Below, in pieces: positions 61,462 through 64,000 of a DNA stretch of 64,000 bases; position 1 is the stretch's first letter; the number at the start of each line of letters is the position of its first letter. Under the pieces are notes generated by a model, which searched no databases, was not told the origin of the DNA, and worked only from the letters and a program-made list of their open reading frames with translations. Both the position numbers and the translations under genes were made by a program. This stretch comes from Rebecca billardiae RCC1528. Taxonomy: Eukaryota; Protista; Haptophyta. The DNA lies in the NCBI GenBank assembly GCA_965240325.2, contig OZ251248.1:620001-684000 (forward strand), read 5' to 3'.

Positions 61462-62033
61462 TTACAGGCCGCCCTTGCCCGGGTAGTAGTCCTTCGGGAG
61501 GCGCGGGTCCGCGTTGATGCGGCCCTTGATGTAGTCCGCAATGTCGTAGATCTTCTTCGCGATCTGCTTCTGCTTCTTCTTCTCGAACTTCTCGAAGTTC
61601 TTCTTGTTGAAGTCCGCCTTCACCTTCGCCTCCGCCTTAAGGTACGCCGGGTTCACGTTGCCGTCCGGCAGGAAAACCGGCACGCCGTACTTCTTGCCCT
61701 TGAAGTCCTGCGGCCCCATGCTCACCGAGCTGCTCACCCGCGTGGCGCAAGCCCGGCTCGCCGGCGCGCCGCTGAACGCCGCCGCGCCACTGCAGCCGCA
61801 CGAGCAGCATCGACGGAGCCACCGCAGGAGGCAGCGCGAGGGCGGGGCACCGCGCGGGTGAGCGATGCGCGCCGTGCGGGCGGCGGTGGCCTGCGAGTGC
61901 TCGCATGCCATGCCCGACTGCGCGCCGCATGCGCTGCGTGGGCGCAAGAGCGCGCGCGCGCGCGTGCGCCGCGTGCCGGCTCGCACCTGCACGACGCGAG
62001 CACGACGACCAGAGCAAGAAGAATGCGCATCAT
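61462..62033 (-). CDS. Small basic plastid-targeted protein, 2 exons
   Basis: Intron 61790-61986 gives MMRILLALVVVLASCSGAAA-FSGAPASRACATRVSSSVSM (signal peptide, +1 Phe, transit peptide), then a ~85-aa Lys-rich mature part KKYGVPVFLPDGNVNPAYLK with strong codon bias. Confidence 0.85.
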
Positions 62034-62514
62034 GGCTGACCTGCGTGGGGCGGGAAGCGCGAGGGGCGTCGTGAGCGACCCGTGCAACGCGTCTCAGGCG
62101 GATCGGGGCGTCTGTACGCCCCGGAGCCCTCGCCGTCGCCGCCGGGCTGGTAATTGGGATGCAGGCGGGCGCTCCTCACCTCGACGAGCGATGATGATTC
62201 CTCCTAGCGTGGCTGGGGCGCACGGCCGCCACGAGGCTTTAATTCTAATTTTGACGGCACCCGGCGCCGCCGAGATGCCATGCTCCCCCGCCCGGACTCG
62301 CCTTGATGCGTGCATCCGTCCTCCCGTCGGTACGAGTAACGGCCGAATCAGACGGGGTAATCAGGCCGGACCCGACGGAATTCCTTGCGGAAAAGATGAA
62401 AGGACCGCCCATGTTCCACCGGTTCGTCACTATGTGGGTGTACACCTAACACAAGACTCTCAGCTCATCTTGGGGCAGTCGCTCCTCGGCCAGCTGGCAC
62501 GCGTGGGGCCGCGC

Positions 62515-64000
62515 TCATGCGTCGCGCGCGCTCGCCCCACCGGAGCGCGCCCTCCCGAGCGTCGGCGCGCGCCGTCGCCGTCGGCGGACGAAGCCGACGG
62601 TGAGGAGCAGCGCCGCGGCCACAGCCGTGCAGCCGAGCGCGGCGAGCGCCGCGCTCCACTCGGCCACGCCGAGATGCGCGCGGCGTGCAGGGGGCAGCGT
62701 CGAGCCGCCACGATGCACGGCGGCCGACCAGCGCTCGGCGTGCTCCCCTCTCGCCAGCGGCCTCGGCCGCGTCGGCGGCGCGCGCGCCGCGGCGGGCTCG
62801 CGCGACGCGGCCGACGCCGCTGGCGTCGTCTCGTCCGCACCCTCCGCTGCACCCTCCGCTGCACCCTCCGCTGCGGCCGTGCCATCCGCCGTGGCGGCGG
62901 CCGCCGGCGTGGGCGACTGGCTGGCGGGGACGCGCGGGCTCGGCCGCGCGTGCGCGGCCGCGCGCAATGGCGCCCCTTGCCCCGCCGCCGCCGCCGCCGC
63001 CGCCGCGTCCGGCCGCGCGCCGCCGCGTCCGCGTCCGGCGCCTGCGCCCGTCTCGTCTGCGGGTGGCGTGCACAGCTTGCACGAGCGGCGGCACTCGGCG
63101 CTCATGAACGCCGGGTTGGCGTCGCACTCGCCCTTGCCGGCCCAGCCGGCGCACGCCGACGCGTCGTACCTGTCGACGCACGGCGCGGGCCTCACGCGCT
63201 GGTGCGCCGCGCAGCGCACCTCCAGCCCGCAGCTGCGCGCGTAGAAGGCGCACAGCGCGTCGTTGAGCGCCTCCACCGTCTCCGCGCACAGGGCCTCGAC
63301 GGCCGACGGCTGCGGCGGCGGCGGGATGAGCTGGCCGTCGCAGGAGAGCGGGCGGAGGCCGCCCATCGCGTACTTGGTGAAGTGGTACCGCGGCGCGGGC
63401 GGCTGCTCGATGTAGCAGTGCAGCCCGTAGTGGATGATGTACGGCTCGGTCCGGCCGCCCGCGTTGGGCGCGTCCGAGTACACGACAGCGCCGTCGGTCA
63501 GCACGTGGCCCACGCCCGCCTCCGCCGCGGCGAAGACGTAGCCGTACATCTCGGAGATCCAGGGCGCGGCGCCGCGGCCGACGTACGCGTCGCCCGTGGG
63601 GATGTCCGCCTGCAGCGCGCTCGGCGCGCTCGTGCCCGTCGCCCAGTACCGCTCGGGGTGCGAGCGCATCTCTCGGCAGAAGTGCAGCCAGCGCGGCGCG
63701 ATCGCGCGCGCATCGTCGACGTGGAAGAGGTGGTACCAGCCCGCGGCGCCCGAGCGGCGCGCGGCGTCCTTGCTGATGAACTGCTCGGGCAGGCCGTGCG
63801 AGATGCCCACGTCGAGGTACCCCACGTGCTCCGACACCACCGTCCCGCGCCTCGCGCCCATCTCCGCCGGGACCATCGGCTTCCTTAGCAACATGTCCGC
63901 GTCGATGTACAGGATGTACTCCTCGTCGATGCGGGTCGCGTTGAGCCAGTGCATCAGCGAGGCGGGCTTGTTGTACGTCGGGCTGAGGTCGTACCCGGGC
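62515..64000 (-). CDS. SERGT1: Peptidyl-serine O-galactosyltransferase (GT96/SGT1-like) with ShKT domain and C-terminal TM; 5' end outside the window
   Basis: YNKPASLMHWL, YIDADMLLRKP (DxD), WISEMYGYVFAAAE, IIHYGL; ShKT CVDRYDASACAGWAGKGECDANPAFMSAECRRSCKLC; hydrophobic C-terminal helix followed by RRRRRR. Confidence 0.8.
   Translation of the reverse strand, partial: PGYDLSPTYNKPASLMHWLNATRIDEEYILYIDADMLLRKPMVPAEMGARRGTVVSEHVGYLDVGISHGLPEQFISKDAARRSGAAGWYHLFHVDDARAIAPRWLHFCREMRSHPERYWATGTSAPSALQADIPTGDAYVGRGAAPWISEMYGYVFAAAEAGVGHVLTDGAVVYSDAPNAGGRTEPYIIHYGLHCYIEQPPAPRYHFTKYAMGGLRPLSCDGQLIPPPPQPSAVEALCAETVEALNDALCAFYARSCGLEVRCAAHQRVRPAPCVDRYDASACAGWAGKGECDANPAFMSAECRRSCKLCTPPADETGAGAGRGRGGARPDAAAAAAAAGQGAPLRAAAHARPSPRVPASQSPTPAAAATADGTAAAEGAAEGAAEGADETTPAASAASREPAAARAPPTRPRPLARGEHAERWSAAVHRGGSTLPPARRAHLGVAEWSAALAALGCTAVAAALLLTVGFVRRRRRRAPTLGRARSGGASARDA

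Overview
This is eukaryotic nuclear DNA with very high GC and short spliceosomal introns (mostly GTGCG donors and CAG acceptors). Two genes carry bipartite signal-plus-transit presequences, which points to an alga with a red-lineage secondary plastid; a haptophyte such as a Pavlovales species fits, but this is inference only. After splicing by hand there are about 15-16 protein genes: a MYCBPAP-like ciliary protein, PKA catalytic subunit, calcineurin A, organellar YchF, zuotin/DNAJC2, a membrane-anchored lipase on a Pro-rich and Cys-repeat stalk, a ~3400-aa Ig-repeat/cation-proton antiporter fusion, a RING1-like E3 fused to an NZF finger, a divergent kinesin, a PH protein, coiled-coil and EF-hand proteins, a small plastid protein, a serine O-galactosyltransferase with an ShKT domain, and orphans. 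Most long ORFs in the supplied track are GC shadow frames. The most notable items are: (1) the giant ectodomain fused to a CPA-type antiporter with an RCK-like tail; (2) a (TA)n-associated non-coding element family with A..BA..B split direct repeats and a covarying GNA-loop terminal hairpin; (3) the RING1-NZF fusion; (4) the lipase-on-a-stalk surface protein. All family assignments come from reading motifs by eye; no database searches were run.
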